A stretch of 64,000 bases of DNA from Carcharhinus amblyrhynchos (lineage: Eukaryota). The stretch is taken from the NCBI GenBank assembly GCA_965287045.1, contig OZ336875.1:99386001-99450000 (forward strand), written 5' to 3'. Below are positions 62,501-64,000 of this stretch, piece after piece. The notes below the pieces were generated by a model. The model had not been told where the DNA came from, did not search any database, and saw only the letters and a list, made by a program, of their open reading frames with translations. Every line of letters starts with the position of its first letter. Within the stretch, counting starts at the first letter, position 1. The translations under genes were made by a program, and so were the position numbers.

Positions 62501-63058
62501 TCTTTTACACAGTGCTACCCCAGTGGTTGCAGCATGGTTGAAGCTGCTGACTTCTATTGCAAGATGGCTGCAGGTGGCCTTGTGCATCTCTGGCCAAAGT
62601 AGACAATTCTTCCAGCAGAATGACCGGATGAGAGAAATTTCAGGCTTTAAGCAATTCTGGCTTAATATAAATTGCACTTCTCCGACATCTCATTCCTATC
62701 TGGATTTCATTAAATCCTACAGTACATTGAGTCTGCTCTGACAAGAATCCATCTATGCCCTATTCCTGTAACCCCACATATTTACCCTGTTAATCCTTCT
62801 GACACCAAGGGGCAATTTAGCACAGCCAATTAACCTAACCCATTGTCATTTAATTGGGAAACAAAGATTTATATGAATGACTTATCACAAAATAAGTGGA
62901 AATATGGAACTAAAGGAGGCAATCCAGAAACGACAAAAGGACCACACAAAAAACATGTGCCGACCAAGTACTGCACGTTGGAAATCAGGAACAGCGCTTC
63001 ATGTACGGTGATCAAATACTCAAGCTGAATTTGAAAAGAATCTGCATAGTTAACACTA

Positions 63059-63245
63059 TGATGAGGAGTTGCTGGCGTTGGACTGGGGTAGGCACAGTAA
63101 GTAATCTCACAACACCAGGTTAAAGTCCAGGTTTATTTGGTAGCACTGCGCGATCGCTTGGAGATCCTTTCCACTTTGAGCCGGCAGATTGCAGTGTCCA
63201 AGTAAACCTGTTGGACTTTAACCTGGTGTTGTGAGACTACTTACC
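63059..63245. mobile_element. Fold-back Penelope-like element (family P1) with ~55-bp unique spacer
   Basis: Arms 63097-63140 and 63198-63244; imperfect flanking duplication tagttaacacta / taatcaacacta. Confidence 0.72.
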
Positions 63246-63599
63246 TAATCAACACTAAGCAGGGGTAATTTTAACTTTCAGCAGTTTCTCAGGGTTTGCT
63301 CCAATGGATAAAATAAGATGGGCAAAATGGCATTCCTCACTCAGAAGTTTCTTATGAGCAAAATGAAAATTCTTATTTACCAAAGCCAGTCAGTCTAATA
63401 GTGGAAAGAACATCATTCCTGATCAGTTCATAATGCTGCTATGTAGTCACTGATCTTGTATGGGTGCATTCAGGAGGGGATAACGATCATGTATTTATGA
63501 TAGGATGATCCTGCTTTGATTTTTGGAAAATCTTACTGCTGCATCCTCCATAATAATTCTAGCTACCGATAGTTACTCAACATAGGGAGATAATTTTGC

Positions 63600-63940
63600 A
63601 CTGTTTAGAGAGATAGTGGAGAACACCCAGCAGGAGCAAGATTGTCACATGAAATTCTAAAGATTGGGACACAGCAGCTGAAAGACCAACTGTGTCTGGT
63701 AAGTAGAGAAGGCTGGGGTTGATTAATGTCTTGGAAAGTGGAAATAACAAGTACAGAGTGGAGGAGAGCGTAGAGGTAGGGAAAGGCAAAGCCACGTTTG
63801 GATTTAAGTAAAAGCAAGAATCTTCAAAGCTGATTCTCTAGCACATGGGACATGATGAGGCAAGAAAAGATACACCCAAAGGGTTGAAATAGGGACAGAA
63901 ATGGATGGCTTTTCAGCTAAAAAACAAAAATCAGGCCTGA
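63600..63940 (-). mobile_element. Old L2-like fragment
   Basis: ggatttaagtaaaagcaagaatcttcaaa..., similar to the L2-like insert at 40715-41200. Confidence 0.4.
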
Positions 63941-64000
63941 TAACGGATTGGATGCTGAAACACGCAGGAGATCAGTCAGCACTTGTGAGAAGAACAGATG

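Overview
Eukaryotic, repeat-dense, AT-rich DNA. The repeat content points to a cartilaginous fish, probably a shark: HE1-like V-SINEs sharing 3' tails with HER1/CR1 LINEs, SacSINE1-like DeuSINEs, Rex1/Babar and Penelope-like relics. I could not identify a host protein-coding gene, so the window reads as a large intron or intergenic region; nearly all short ORFs in the track are TE fragments or noise. Main features: a near-intact, 5'-truncated CR1 ORF2 (endonuclease + RT, ~58-2934); a second, frameshifted CR1 (10013-12228, minus); many older CR1, L2, Crack-like and Rex1 pieces; four SINE types; solo-LTR-like elements; a decayed Gypsy gag-protease with its primer-binding site; Harbinger-like and Helentron-like relics. 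The most interesting signals are (i) short fold-back Penelope-like elements, one with a minimal hammerhead ribozyme core (45096-45130) and others whose inversion point falls inside that ribozyme, and (ii) a ~200-bp element with a U2 snRNA-derived head and an A-rich tail (29826-30023, minus). All family names come from motif recognition by eye, with no database search, and most boundaries are approximate.
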